Origin: a virus
Direction: 5' to 3' (one strand)
Length of the DNA stretch: 64,000 nucleotides
IMG/VR virus record: IMGVR_UViG_3300029319_009305
Span: 32,001-96,000 of that record
Shown here: positions 15,762 through 25,724 of the stretch, piece by piece
Layout of the letters: every line of letters begins with the position of its first letter
How positions within the stretch are numbered: position 1 is the first letter of the stretch
Translations under genes and position numbers: made by a program
The notes under the pieces: generated by a model
Told to the model about the DNA's origin: nothing
What the model saw: the letters and a program-made list of their open reading frames with translations, nothing else
The model's database searches: none

Positions 15762-15773
15762 AATTAAATTAAA

Positions 15774-16211
15774 TTAATAGCTGCTTGTTTTCATTAGTTT
15801 GTCAATTATGGGTAGTCTAACGCCCCAATTGGTGTTTTGATTTATTCCCATGTGATGTTCGTGATGCCATGGTAACATTTTTTTACCGAATTCAGTTTTT
15901 ACGTGTGATATCCTGTGCAAGGCATAGTAAGCGCAAACTGACCATACTATCATCGAATAGAAGTAGGGCACAAAAAACAAGAGAGGAAGGTGAACTATTG
16001 CAATGACAAATAAAGCAACAATTTCAAATTTACTACTAATTAATTTAGTGTAGTTTTTATCATACATATTATTTTTTCTAGAAATATTATGATGTCTTTT
16101 GAAATGATTTCTGAATATTTTTTTAAATTTCTTTCTATTGTGCAGGATGTAACGATGTGCGATATATTCAAAAATATGACCATATAGCCAACCAAAAATG
16201 AGCTGCAACAT
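15774..16211 (-). CDS. fatty acid hydroxylase / sterol desaturase family membrane protein (start uncertain)
   Basis: His boxes HRYILH, HFKRHH, HRISH, HHEHH plus NWGV; TM helices. Confidence 0.8.
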   Translation of the reverse strand: MLQLIFGWLYGHIFEYIAHRYILHNRKKFKKIFRNHFKRHHNISRKNNMYDKNYTKLISSKFEIVALFVIAIVHLPLLFFVPYFYSMIVWSVCAYYALHRISHVKTEFGKKMLPWHHEHHMGINQNTNWGVRLPIIDKLMKTSSY

Positions 16212-16280
16212 TATAAACACTAAACTAACTAGACCTCCTATATATACTATATACAGTCTGAGTGCCATAATACATAAAAT

Positions 16281-16526
16281 ATGCAAAAAAATATAAAAAT
16301 TGGTGATTTAGTTGAATTTATAGAATACTATGTTGCGTCAGGAATTCAAGGAATGAATCTTACAAAAACCACACCTAAGTACAATTGTCTTGGTATAGTT
16401 TTAAAAACAAAAAATACATCAGTTTCAAGTTCTAAACCTAAGATTAAAACTTTTTGTGTAATGATGCCTGGACGTCATATTGAGTGGGTTGGTGAGGCAA
16501 TGATATCAACTATAGCTTCTTTATGA
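16281..16526 (+). CDS. 'IGDLV' SH3/KOW-like protein
   Basis: IKIGDLVEF...LGIVLK...EWV. Confidence 0.6.
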   Translation: MQKNIKIGDLVEFIEYYVASGIQGMNLTKTTPKYNCLGIVLKTKNTSVSSSKPKIKTFCVMMPGRHIEWVGEAMISTIASL

Positions 16527-16577
16527 TTTTTTGATTTAAATTAATTCTTTATTATACGTATTAATAGGGGGTTAATC

Positions 16578-16832
16578 ATGAATTTACTTTTAGCATTAAG
16601 TATTTTTGTATTTGTGGTTGTTGTTTTTTCAACAATTGTTTTATTGAAAAGTTGGATGAATTTTGTAGATAAACAAAATAAAAGAAAATTTAAATCAAAA
16701 AAGCGTGAAGAATTTGAGATAATAAACTACGTCAGCGATTTTTCAAGGAAAAAAAATCTAAAAGAAACAATTATTGATGTTGAGTGTGAAATCATTAATG
16801 AAAATACTGATATTGTTAGATATTTACAATAA
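16578..16832 (+). CDS. single-TM protein
   Basis: N-terminal hydrophobic helix; GGGGG RBS. Confidence 0.6.
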   Translation: MNLLLALSIFVFVVVVFSTIVLLKSWMNFVDKQNKRKFKSKKREEFEIINYVSDFSRKKNLKETIIDVECEIINENTDIVRYLQ

Positions 16833-16847
16833 AACGGAAATATTTTT

Positions 16848-17600
16848 ATGAGCACTGATGACTTAGAAAGACTTCTAATTAGAAATGAAATTAGACAGTT
16901 TTTAATAGATATTGAATTCTTAAAAGAAGATATCAGGAGCAATCCAGAATTATATTTGTCTGAAAATGTAAGTTTTTTTGATGCTTTGGGAGCGATTGGG
17001 GGAAATTTTGCAGGTGATATATCTGCAGGTGCTTTTAGTGCGTTAACTGAAACGATTATAGACTTGATATTTGAAGTATTAGGAATTACTAGTGACTCAC
17101 TGCTTGAAGCTTTCTTTATTGAATTATTTAAAGAATTTATAGAGAACGTCTTAATCGCCAAGCCAGGTAATATTGCTTTATATATGGATGATAAAAAAGG
17201 TTGCTCTACCCTTGCTGATGACATTACAATGGTAATGGGAAAATCAGGAGGAGACATAATGGTAAAAGTTGTAGTTAACTATATTAAATCAGAAGAATTT
17301 GAAAGAAGGACCAAAGAAAACGAAGGTGGTGAAGGTTCAATAGTTGGAGAATTAATGGGCCAATTATCAACAACAGTATTGAAGGCGTTATCTGACAATA
17401 TGATTGTTGGAGCAATTGGAAAAATAGTCAAAGAAGCTTTCGAAAAAGATATGGTTGAGCAGCTTCAACCGTTTGTTAGAAGAGCTGTGTGCCAGTTAAA
17501 CTTAACTGAAGAAATTCCTAAGATGTTTGGATTTGGTGCGAGTCCAGACTCAGATTCTCCAAAACTACCTCAGCCTGCCATGACAAACGAAGAGGATTGA
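16848..17600 (+). CDS. hypothetical helical protein (leader-like N-terminus)
   Basis: LLIRNEIRQFL...LKE...LSE. Confidence 0.7.
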   Translation: MSTDDLERLLIRNEIRQFLIDIEFLKEDIRSNPELYLSENVSFFDALGAIGGNFAGDISAGAFSALTETIIDLIFEVLGITSDSLLEAFFIELFKEFIENVLIAKPGNIALYMDDKKGCSTLADDITMVMGKSGGDIMVKVVVNYIKSEEFERRTKENEGGEGSIVGELMGQLSTTVLKALSDNMIVGAIGKIVKEAFEKDMVEQLQPFVRRAVCQLNLTEEIPKMFGFGASPDSDSPKLPQPAMTNEED

Positions 17601-18437
17601 TTGATGTACATTGTTGAAGAAAAAAAGCTTAGAAGTATTATAAGAAAATTATTGGAAAAAAGGCAAAGGACCTTAACTGGATTAATGAAGTCTGATGCTG
17701 ATGCAACTAAATTAGCACCGATTCAATTTGATTTTGATTCAATATCTAACAGTAGTGTTGTTACGATAGCAAAAAGTGAATCAGACTTTTGGGAAAATGG
17801 TGAACTAAAAGAGACAGACGAAAAAGCTTATGATCGATTGAATTCTTATTGGTCAGAAGGGGCTGGGTGGTCTGAATCACAGTGGGAACCAGGAAAGACA
17901 CCGTGGAGTGCAGCATTTATTTCTTATTGTATGAAAAAGTCAGGTGAAAGTTTTTATGATGCTGCGGCACATTATGTTTATGCAAAAAAAGCTTTGGATA
18001 ATCGTAAAAAATTAGATGAAGATCCTAATAGCCTTTCGGGGACTGAAGACTATGTTTTATTTCTAAAGGGCGAGGTAGAGCCGGTTCCGGGCGATGTTTT
18101 ATTTTATGTGAGAAGCGGTAACATCAAATCTTGGATCGCTGGTGGCGGTGGTGAGATTGCTTCACATTGTGACATATTTATAGGTGGCGGTTTAGCTATT
18201 GGTGGTAACTTAGGTAATTCTTGCAAAGAGACTAAGGCGTTTGGAAAGCATGAGGCAATCATCAAAAAAGTTAAAGTTGGAAAAGCTACTGAAGGTGAAG
18301 AAGGAGATGATAGCATTACAGGATTAGGAACAGCTGGCGATATCGCTCTTGCCACACCTTTGGCCGGAGGTGTCGTTGCTTATAAAGCCGCCGAAGCTGG
18401 CAAAGAATTCTTCACGCCTGATAAAAAGAAGGATTAG
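17601..18437 (+). CDS. DUF2272/CHAP-like amidase-fold protein, candidate virion-associated cell-wall hydrolase
   Basis: PWSAAFISY, PGDVL, SHCDI and IGGN motifs; N-terminal KLRSIIRKLLE leader. Confidence 0.7.
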   Translation: MMYIVEEKKLRSIIRKLLEKRQRTLTGLMKSDADATKLAPIQFDFDSISNSSVVTIAKSESDFWENGELKETDEKAYDRLNSYWSEGAGWSESQWEPGKTPWSAAFISYCMKKSGESFYDAAAHYVYAKKALDNRKKLDEDPNSLSGTEDYVLFLKGEVEPVPGDVLFYVRSGNIKSWIAGGGGEIASHCDIFIGGGLAIGGNLGNSCKETKAFGKHEAIIKKVKVGKATEGEEGDDSITGLGTAGDIALATPLAGGVVAYKAAEAGKEFFTPDKKKD

Positions 18438-18452
18438 TTGATCTTAGAATTA

Positions 18453-18875
18453 CTACAGAATTCTAATTTTTCTTAACCTTGTTTCATAGATAGCGCTTCT
18501 GTCATCTTTGCTTTTAGCAAATCTTTTAATCAATTCTCCTGCTCGGGCATTTGCTTGATCTTCGTGAAATCCACCTGCGTCTTGGATGTGACCTTTTAAC
18601 AGTCCTTGCTCATCCTGCATCATGTGGGTCATTTCATGTGCTATACTTCTGAGTATATCTACTAGTGCTCTATTTTTACCGTATACTTTACATATGTTGT
18701 TACCCACATGATATGCTGCTGTTGTTTTTATGTCATGATCTGATCTATTTGATATGATATAGATTTCAAAATCACCGATTATGGGTAATTCTTCTGCGCA
18801 GAATAAGCAGAAGTCGCCTATTAGATTAATTTTAAAATTATCTAAATTTAAATTTTTATCAACTAGTAGTTTCAT
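18453..18875 (-). CDS. zincin-like metallopeptidase
   Basis: AHEMTH (HExxH) plus downstream EDQAN. Confidence 0.7.
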   Translation of the reverse strand: MKLLVDKNLNLDNFKINLIGDFCLFCAEELPIIGDFEIYIISNRSDHDIKTTAAYHVGNNICKVYGKNRALVDILRSIAHEMTHMMQDEQGLLKGHIQDAGGFHEDQANARAGELIKRFAKSKDDRSAIYETRLRKIRIL

Positions 18876-18884
18876 TTAAAGCCT

Positions 18885-19718
18885 TCAAAGTTTTAATTTT
18901 ACAAAAGATTTTAGATATTTCAGTCTAGGTCCAAAACTTATATTATTAAAGTCGATTGATGCTTTTGTAATGATACTAATTATCTCTCCTTTTTCGTTTA
19001 TTACCGCACTTCCTGAACTGCCAAATGTTGCAGGTATTGTGTAAAAACATTCATATATGTCGCAACCAGAAAATCTACCTTCAAAATGATTCCTTACTGA
19101 CTTAGAATAGTGCCATTCAGGTGAAGAGATTGCATAAACTTTTTCACCGATCAGAGGATTTCTTTTAGCAAACTTAACATTTTTTGCTTCCCCCGCATGT
19201 TCAGAATTAAATGTTATTATACATATGTCATTTTCCATGTCCATGTATATATCTTGAATATCATGTTGATATCCCATAAAAGATGCAATATTTCTAGTCA
19301 TAGGTTCATAGTCTAAGTTATGTCTGAATGTTTCTGAGACATTATCTTTATTTAAGTCATGACACCAGTGTCCTGCTGTTAATGCATATAGTTTATAGTT
19401 TTTCTTATCAACTTTAAAAATGTAACCAGAAGCTGAGGTTAGGGGTGCTATCAAAGTTTCACAGTCCTTGTAGTCTTCTTCTTTCTGACATATTCTTTCT
19501 GTATCATTTGAACCTGCTACAATTCTTGTTAAGTATATAAAATTTTCATTTAAAGCCGGCGTATTACTTGATTGTTTTAGAGTCTTCTGATAGTTGTTAA
19601 ATTTTATTTTTTCTTCTAAAATATTTTTATTGTAACTACAGCAACCTAAACTCGTAGTAAAAATTGTAATTAGTGCCGTTAATGCTATTGTAAAGTATAA
19701 TAATTTATTTTTATTCAT
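18885..19718 (-). CDS. secreted or membrane-anchored trypsin-like serine protease
   Basis: TAGHWC, DICI, FGSSGS catalytic triad; N-terminal signal/lipobox; AGGGGGT RBS before MNKNK. Confidence 0.85.
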   Translation of the reverse strand: MNKNKLLYFTIALTALITIFTTSLGCCSYNKNILEEKIKFNNYQKTLKQSSNTPALNENFIYLTRIVAGSNDTERICQKEEDYKDCETLIAPLTSASGYIFKVDKKNYKLYALTAGHWCHDLNKDNVSETFRHNLDYEPMTRNIASFMGYQHDIQDIYMDMENDICIITFNSEHAGEAKNVKFAKRNPLIGEKVYAISSPEWHYSKSVRNHFEGRFSGCDIYECFYTIPATFGSSGSAVINEKGEIISIITKASIDFNNISFGPRLKYLKSFVKLKL

Positions 19719-19970
19719 GCACACCCCCTTAAAATAGATATGCATTAAAAAATATAATTTGTCAATGTATTAATTTAAATGTTACATAATCACTCCTGAA
19801 TTTGAAATAGAATTTGAATATTTAGATATAGTAATAAGATACTAATGAGTCATATTTTTTTTTACAATTTTTGTAAATTATTAGTGTTTTGTTGAATTAT
19901 TACTCATATAATATTACTTTATTTAACTTAATAGAATATAGAGTATAATTATAGATATAGAGAGCAACGC

Positions 19971-21140
19971 ATGTCAATATTTAAAGAACATAAATCTTCA
20001 GCTGATAGATCTGCAACTGATAGAAGGAGACATAAAGAAAAAATTGAGAAAGCAATAAAAGAAGGAATTCATGATATCGTAGCAGAAGAAAGTATAATTG
20101 GACAAAACGGTAAAAAAAGAATAAAAATACCAGTTAGGGGAATTAAAGAATACCAATTCATATATGGTAAAAACAATAAAAAAGTTGGGTCAGCTCAAGG
20201 TAAGGACATTTCAAAAGGTCAAAAAATAGGTAAGGGTAAGAAAAAATCTGCTCAAGGACAACCAGACAAACCTGGTAATACGGCTGGAGAAGAATTTTAT
20301 GAAGTTGATATAACACTCGATGAATTAGCAAAGTATTTATTTGATGATTTGAATTTACCTGAGTTAGAAAAGAAATCATTTCCCAACATATTTTCTGAAA
20401 CTGTTAAGCGGAAAGGTTATAGAAAGGAAGGAATTAGACCTAGACTTTCAAAAAAAGAAACTTTAAAGAGAAAGATTAGAAGAAAAAAAGCTGCAATATT
20501 AAACGGTACTTATGAAAATGAAAGTGGTGAAAGGTTTCCATTTCACAAAGATGATCTCAAGTATAAACACATAGAAGTGACACAGAAAAATGTTACAAAT
20601 GCAACCATATTTTTTATAATGGATACATCTGGATCGATGAGTAAAAGTAAAAAATTCAAAGCTAGATCCTTTTTCTTTCTCCTATATCAGTTTATTAGAT
20701 ATCGTTATGATAAGACTGAAATTGTTTTTATATCTCATACAACCGAAGCTAAAGAAACTAATGAAAAAGAATTTTTTGAAAGAGGGTCTAGTGGTGGAAC
20801 TTACTTAAGCTCTGGGTTGAGCAAAGCTTTAGAAATTATTGATAAGCGATATCCATCTAATAGTTGGAACATATACGCTTTCCATTGTTCAGATGGAGAT
20901 AATTGGAGTGAAGATAACGACAAGGCAATTAATTTAACAATTAAATTAAGAGACTTAAGTCAATTGTATAGTTATATAGAGATAACTGACGGTAGAAAGG
21001 GTTCTGCCGGTTGGGGAGAACCAATGTCCTCGATTTATAAGAATTTGCAAAATAAATTTTTTAAGATTGTTGAGATAGACAATAAAGAAGATATATGGCC
21101 ACAATTTAGAAAACTTTTCGGGAATTATAAAAATGAGTGA
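19971..21140 (+). CDS. yeaH: YeaH/YhbH (DUF444) vWA-domain protein
   Basis: DRRRHKEKI, MIDAS MDTSGSM, SGGT, NIYAFHCSDGDN. Confidence 0.92.
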   Translation: MSIFKEHKSSADRSATDRRRHKEKIEKAIKEGIHDIVAEESIIGQNGKKRIKIPVRGIKEYQFIYGKNNKKVGSAQGKDISKGQKIGKGKKKSAQGQPDKPGNTAGEEFYEVDITLDELAKYLFDDLNLPELEKKSFPNIFSETVKRKGYRKEGIRPRLSKKETLKRKIRRKKAAILNGTYENESGERFPFHKDDLKYKHIEVTQKNVTNATIFFIMDTSGSMSKSKKFKARSFFFLLYQFIRYRYDKTEIVFISHTTEAKETNEKEFFERGSSGGTYLSSGLSKALEIIDKRYPSNSWNIYAFHCSDGDNWSEDNDKAINLTIKLRDLSQLYSYIEITDGRKGSAGWGEPMSSIYKNLQNKFFKIVEIDNKEDIWPQFRKLFGNYKNE

Positions 21141-22479
21141 CGACAACTGGAATTTTGACGATTTAAAACGCTGGGATGATATTATTTGTCAAAAAGCAGA
21201 ATCTTTCGGTTTGGACTGGCATCCAATTAATTATGAAATATGTGATTATTTCGAAATGATTGGACACATGTCGTATCACGGCATGCCTAGCCATTACAAT
21301 CACTGGAGTTATGGAAAATCTTTTGAAGTTACTCACCAGAGATATAATGCAGGTATGTCAGGTCTACCTTATGAGTTGATAATTAATTCTAATCCTTCAA
21401 TTGCTTATCTTATGAGGGAGAATCCGTTATATTTGCAAATTTTAATAATGGCACATTGTGTAGGACACAGTGACTTTTTTAAAAATAATAGAACTTTTCG
21501 AAAAACCGGACCTGAAACAATTGTTTCTAAAATGAGAAATGCAAAAAGACGAATATTTGAATATTCAGAAGATCAAATGATAGGAAAGGACAAAGTTGAG
21601 AATTTTTTAGACGCTTTACATTCTGTAAGATTTCAAACAGAAAGATATGAATTACCTAGACTGACACCTAGAGAAAAGCAAAAGAATTTCATAGATAAAA
21701 TAAATAATTCAAAATTGTTAAAAAATGCTGATCCTGACAAAAGAAAAAGATATGAAAGATTGGTGGGGAAAAAATGGTTAATTGGAAACGATTATGACTT
21801 ATTAGGATTCTTTTTAGACTATGGTGATTTTGATGACTGGCAGTTAGATTTGATCAATATAGTTAGGGATGAATCACACTATTTTATACCTCAAATAAAA
21901 ACAAAAATACTAAATGAGGGTTGGGCATCATTTTGGCATTATAAGATTTTACATGAATTAGAATTGCCTCAAAAATATCACATACCTTTTTTGAAAATGC
22001 ACAATGCAGTAGTCAGACCTCACATAGGTGGGGTCAATCCTTATCATTTGGGTTTTTATTTGTTTCAAAAGATAGAAAGGGAAATGGGATTAGAAGAATG
22101 CTTTTTCATTAGAGAAGTTCATGATGATGCATCAGCATTAAGAGCTTACTTAGACGAAGAAGATATGGTAGAGTTAAACTTTTTCGAGCACCAAAGAGAT
22201 CAAAAAACAGGAGATACATTTATAACAGAAGTATCAGATAAGGATGGTTGGAAAAAAGTAAAACAAGAATTAATAAGAAATACAGGAGTAGCTAGTATTC
22301 CGCTAATATATGTGTCTGAAGTTAATAAAAAATTAAATTTGTTAGAATTAAAACACGAACACGATGGAAGAGACTTAGAGCTAAACTATGCTGAGGAAGT
22401 CGTTAAAAACATTAAACATATATGGGACGGTGAAGTAAAACTATTTACTGTAATTGAAGAAGAAATATGGGAAATTTAA
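21133..22479 (+). CDS. spoVR: SpoVR/YcgB family protein
   Basis: GMPSHYNHWSYGK, YELIINSNP, AHCVGHSDFFKNN, TKILNEGWASFWH, NPYHLG. Confidence 0.93.
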   Translation: MSDDNWNFDDLKRWDDIICQKAESFGLDWHPINYEICDYFEMIGHMSYHGMPSHYNHWSYGKSFEVTHQRYNAGMSGLPYELIINSNPSIAYLMRENPLYLQILIMAHCVGHSDFFKNNRTFRKTGPETIVSKMRNAKRRIFEYSEDQMIGKDKVENFLDALHSVRFQTERYELPRLTPREKQKNFIDKINNSKLLKNADPDKRKRYERLVGKKWLIGNDYDLLGFFLDYGDFDDWQLDLINIVRDESHYFIPQIKTKILNEGWASFWHYKILHELELPQKYHIPFLKMHNAVVRPHIGGVNPYHLGFYLFQKIEREMGLEECFFIREVHDDASALRAYLDEEDMVELNFFEHQRDQKTGDTFITEVSDKDGWKKVKQELIRNTGVASIPLIYVSEVNKKLNLLELKHEHDGRDLELNYAEEVVKNIKHIWDGEVKLFTVIEEEIWEI

Positions 22480-22491
22480 AAGGGAGAACCA

Positions 22492-24426
22492 ATGTCACAA
22501 AAAAAATTCCTTGAACTTATATCAAAACAAAGACGTAAGAACAAAAAAGAAAAATTCAAAGGTACGTTTCTTGAATACTTAGAGGTTGTACAAGATAAAC
22601 CAACAACAATAAAATTGGCTCATAAGCGATTGTATGATGTAATCAATAATCAAGGTATGAAAACAGTAGATGTTGGTGACGAAGATTATAGGCCATATTT
22701 TAACGGTGAAAAACTTAGAAAATTTCAATATTTTGAAAAAGAATTTTTTGGGATGGAAACTGTTATTCATAAATTAATGCAGTATTTAAAATCAGCTGCT
22801 TTAAAAGGTGAGGAAAGTAGACAAGTTTTACTTTTAATGGGCCCAGTAGGCGCAGGTAAGTCTGCACTTATAGAACATGTTAAGCAGTCATTAGAAATGA
22901 CTGATCGAATCTATCATTTAGATGGGTGTCCCATAAGAGAAGAACCTCTTCATTTAATACCTAGAAGTTTAAGACCTCAATTTGAAGAAATGCTAGGTAT
23001 ACACATTGAGGGAGATTTATGTCCTGTTTGCAGGCATAGACTCATGGAAGAGTTTAATGGAGAATATGAAAACTTTCCTGTTACACAAAGCAGCTTTTCT
23101 CAAAGGGGAAGAAGAGGAATTGCTGTTGTTCCTCCCATGGACGCTAATTCTCAAGATGTTTCTGTTTTAATTGGTACAGAGGATATATCTAAGCTTGATC
23201 TGTATCCAGAAGATGATCCAAGAGTTTTATCTTTAAATGGTGCTTTTAATGTAGGAAATAGAGGGATTGTAGAATTTGTAGAAGTTTTTAAGAATGAAAT
23301 TGAATTTCTTCACACAATGTTAACAGCTACCCAGGAAAAGCGTGTACCTTCACCTGGAAAAAATGATATGCTTTATTTTGACGGTGTGTTGTTAACACAC
23401 TGTAACGAATCAGAATGGAACAGATTCAAGGGTGAGCATACAAATGAGGCAATTTTAGATAGGGTTTTGAAAATTAACGTGCCGTATGTTTTAGAGTTAG
23501 ATCAGGAAATGAAAATTTATGAAAAAATGATTAATAGGTCAGACTTTAAATCAGCACATATCGCACCACATACTTTGAAAATTGCTTCAATGTTTTCTGT
23601 TATGAGTAGGTTTATTCCATCCTCAAAATGTGATTTATTGACAAAGATGAAAATCTACAATGGCGAATCAATAATTGAAAAAGGTAGGGTTAAAAAAATA
23701 GATATTAAAGATTTAAGAGCTGAAGCGCGTAACGAGGGAATGGAAGGCATATCCACAAGATTTATTACAAAATCTCTGGATAGGGCTTTAAGCGATTCAG
23801 ATAAGAATATGATTACACCAATTAATGCTATCGATAGTTTAGTTAAGCAAGTAAAAGAACAAATAATCGATGACGATGCAAGAGAACGCTACTTAGAAAT
23901 CTTGCAAGATATAATTCGTGAAGAATATTTAAGAATTCTTGAAACAGAAATTGCAAAAGCTTTCATAGCAGCTTACGAGGAACAAGCACAGAGTTTATTT
24001 GATTCATACTTAGACAATGCTGAATGTTATACTACTAGAACAAAAGTTAAGGATAGAATTACAAGAGAAGAAAGAGAACCTGATGAAAAATTTATGAAGT
24101 CAATTGAAGAGATGATTGGTGTTGTAGGTTCTGCTAGGGATGGATTTAGAAACGATGTAACAGCTTATATGTTTGCAAAAATGAGAAAAGGGGAAAAGGT
24201 TGATTATTCAAGCTACGGACCGCTTAAAGAAGCAATCGAGCAATTTTTAATTACATCAGTTAAAGACATATCTAGAATTGTTACGAAGTCAAAAAGTAGA
24301 GATGACAAACAAAAAAGAAAGTATTCGAATATGATTAATACGCTTGTCGAAGATTATGGTTATACACCTGATAGTGCTGAGGAAATATTGACTTACGCAG
24401 CTAATAATCTTTGGAGAGACAGTTAG
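22492..24426 (+). CDS. prkA: PrkA/YeaG AAA+ ATPase / serine protein kinase
   Basis: FFGME, Walker A GPVGAGKS, CPIREEPL, GNRGIVEFVEVFK, NEAILDR. Confidence 0.93.
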   Translation: MSQKKFLELISKQRRKNKKEKFKGTFLEYLEVVQDKPTTIKLAHKRLYDVINNQGMKTVDVGDEDYRPYFNGEKLRKFQYFEKEFFGMETVIHKLMQYLKSAALKGEESRQVLLLMGPVGAGKSALIEHVKQSLEMTDRIYHLDGCPIREEPLHLIPRSLRPQFEEMLGIHIEGDLCPVCRHRLMEEFNGEYENFPVTQSSFSQRGRRGIAVVPPMDANSQDVSVLIGTEDISKLDLYPEDDPRVLSLNGAFNVGNRGIVEFVEVFKNEIEFLHTMLTATQEKRVPSPGKNDMLYFDGVLLTHCNESEWNRFKGEHTNEAILDRVLKINVPYVLELDQEMKIYEKMINRSDFKSAHIAPHTLKIASMFSVMSRFIPSSKCDLLTKMKIYNGESIIEKGRVKKIDIKDLRAEARNEGMEGISTRFITKSLDRALSDSDKNMITPINAIDSLVKQVKEQIIDDDARERYLEILQDIIREEYLRILETEIAKAFIAAYEEQAQSLFDSYLDNAECYTTRTKVKDRITREEREPDEKFMKSIEEMIGVVGSARDGFRNDVTAYMFAKMRKGEKVDYSSYGPLKEAIEQFLITSVKDISRIVTKSKSRDDKQKRKYSNMINTLVEDYGYTPDSAEEILTYAANNLWRDS

Positions 24427-24431
24427 GAAGA

Positions 24432-25724
24432 ATGAAAAATTTTGTTAACATTGTTGATGAAAAAAATTTAAGAATAAAAACTTTTTCCTCGTTGTCACAC
24501 TTTAGAAATAAAATAAAAGATAACGATATCATATACACAAATAATTTTAAGACTAAAAAAAATTATCTTAATTTTATTAATCAATATTTTGGAAACTACT
24601 TTGATACAACTGTAAAACATTTAATTGTTGGAGAATTATGGTTGATTGAAAGTTTTGCGCCAGGTTTAGGTGATGTGTTTCTTGATTATTTGACAGAATA
24701 TTTTGAAAAACATTCTGATCATGATGCTAAAAAAAGTGAATTAGTTTTAAAAGATTTTTTAAATGAAAAGTTGTCTAATTTTAGTAGTAAAGTCTATAGA
24801 CTTAACAAGAAAGACTTGAACGATTATGTGAGTTATATATCAAGTAGTACTATTAAAGACATAGCAAAAACAGTCATACAGAAGTCAGAAGTTAATGATT
24901 CTATTATTGTTGAAGATTCTTTTAGAAGTTATTCGACTGTTAAAAAAACTAATGAACTGTTTTTTAAATTAGAATTTGATAGTGAATTTATTTTATCCAA
25001 CACTTGGAATGCTGAAGATTATCGATATATTATTATCGATGGGTTTATTGACAGCGTAGGTGAAATTCATCATTTACTACAAAAAGCATCAGAGGATAAA
25101 GAACCTTACGTTATTTTTTGCAAAGGTATGAGAGAGGAAGTTAAACATACAATACTCTACAATTTAAAAAGAAACACAATAAATGTAATGCCTATTTGTT
25201 TGAAAACAAATGAAGAAAATGTTAATGCATTAAACGATATAGCATCTTGTCACGATGGTAAGATAATAAGTGCTTTACACGGCGATACAATATCTTCTGC
25301 TGTAAAAAGAGAATTGATGGTAGGTAGGAAAATTTCTGTAAAAAAGACAGGATTTACGATTCATTGCATGAATGAAAAAACAAAAAATATTCAAATTGGA
25401 TTTTTGAAGATGAAATTAAAAAACCTGACAGAGAAAGATCCAAATTATTCCTTTATTCAGAAAAGAATAAAAAATTTAAATTCAAAAAAAATTATGATCT
25501 CTTTGGCTAAAAATATTAGCAAGAATGAAAAAATTGAGTTGGACGGATTTTTAAAGTTTGTGATGAATGCAAAATCAGGAACAGTTAAAATGTTAAACAA
25601 AAATAAATCTGGCACAAAAAGAGGGATTTACAGTATTCGTGAGTTGAATATACTCTTTACGAAGCTAGAAGCAGTTATTAGAACGATTGATAGCTTAGGA
25701 TGCATAGTATATCAGGAGAGATGA
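24432..25724 (+). CDS. divergent GroEL/chaperonin-like protein
   Basis: IIIDGFIDSVGEIHHLL...PYVIFCKGMREEVKHTILYN...LNDIA resembles the GroEL apical domain; no GDGTTT; AGGA RBS before MKNFV. Confidence 0.65.
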   Translation: MKNFVNIVDEKNLRIKTFSSLSHFRNKIKDNDIIYTNNFKTKKNYLNFINQYFGNYFDTTVKHLIVGELWLIESFAPGLGDVFLDYLTEYFEKHSDHDAKKSELVLKDFLNEKLSNFSSKVYRLNKKDLNDYVSYISSSTIKDIAKTVIQKSEVNDSIIVEDSFRSYSTVKKTNELFFKLEFDSEFILSNTWNAEDYRYIIIDGFIDSVGEIHHLLQKASEDKEPYVIFCKGMREEVKHTILYNLKRNTINVMPICLKTNEENVNALNDIASCHDGKIISALHGDTISSAVKRELMVGRKISVKKTGFTIHCMNEKTKNIQIGFLKMKLKNLTEKDPNYSFIQKRIKNLNSKKIMISLAKNISKNEKIELDGFLKFVMNAKSGTVKMLNKNKSGTKRGIYSIRELNILFTKLEAVIRTIDSLGCIVYQER

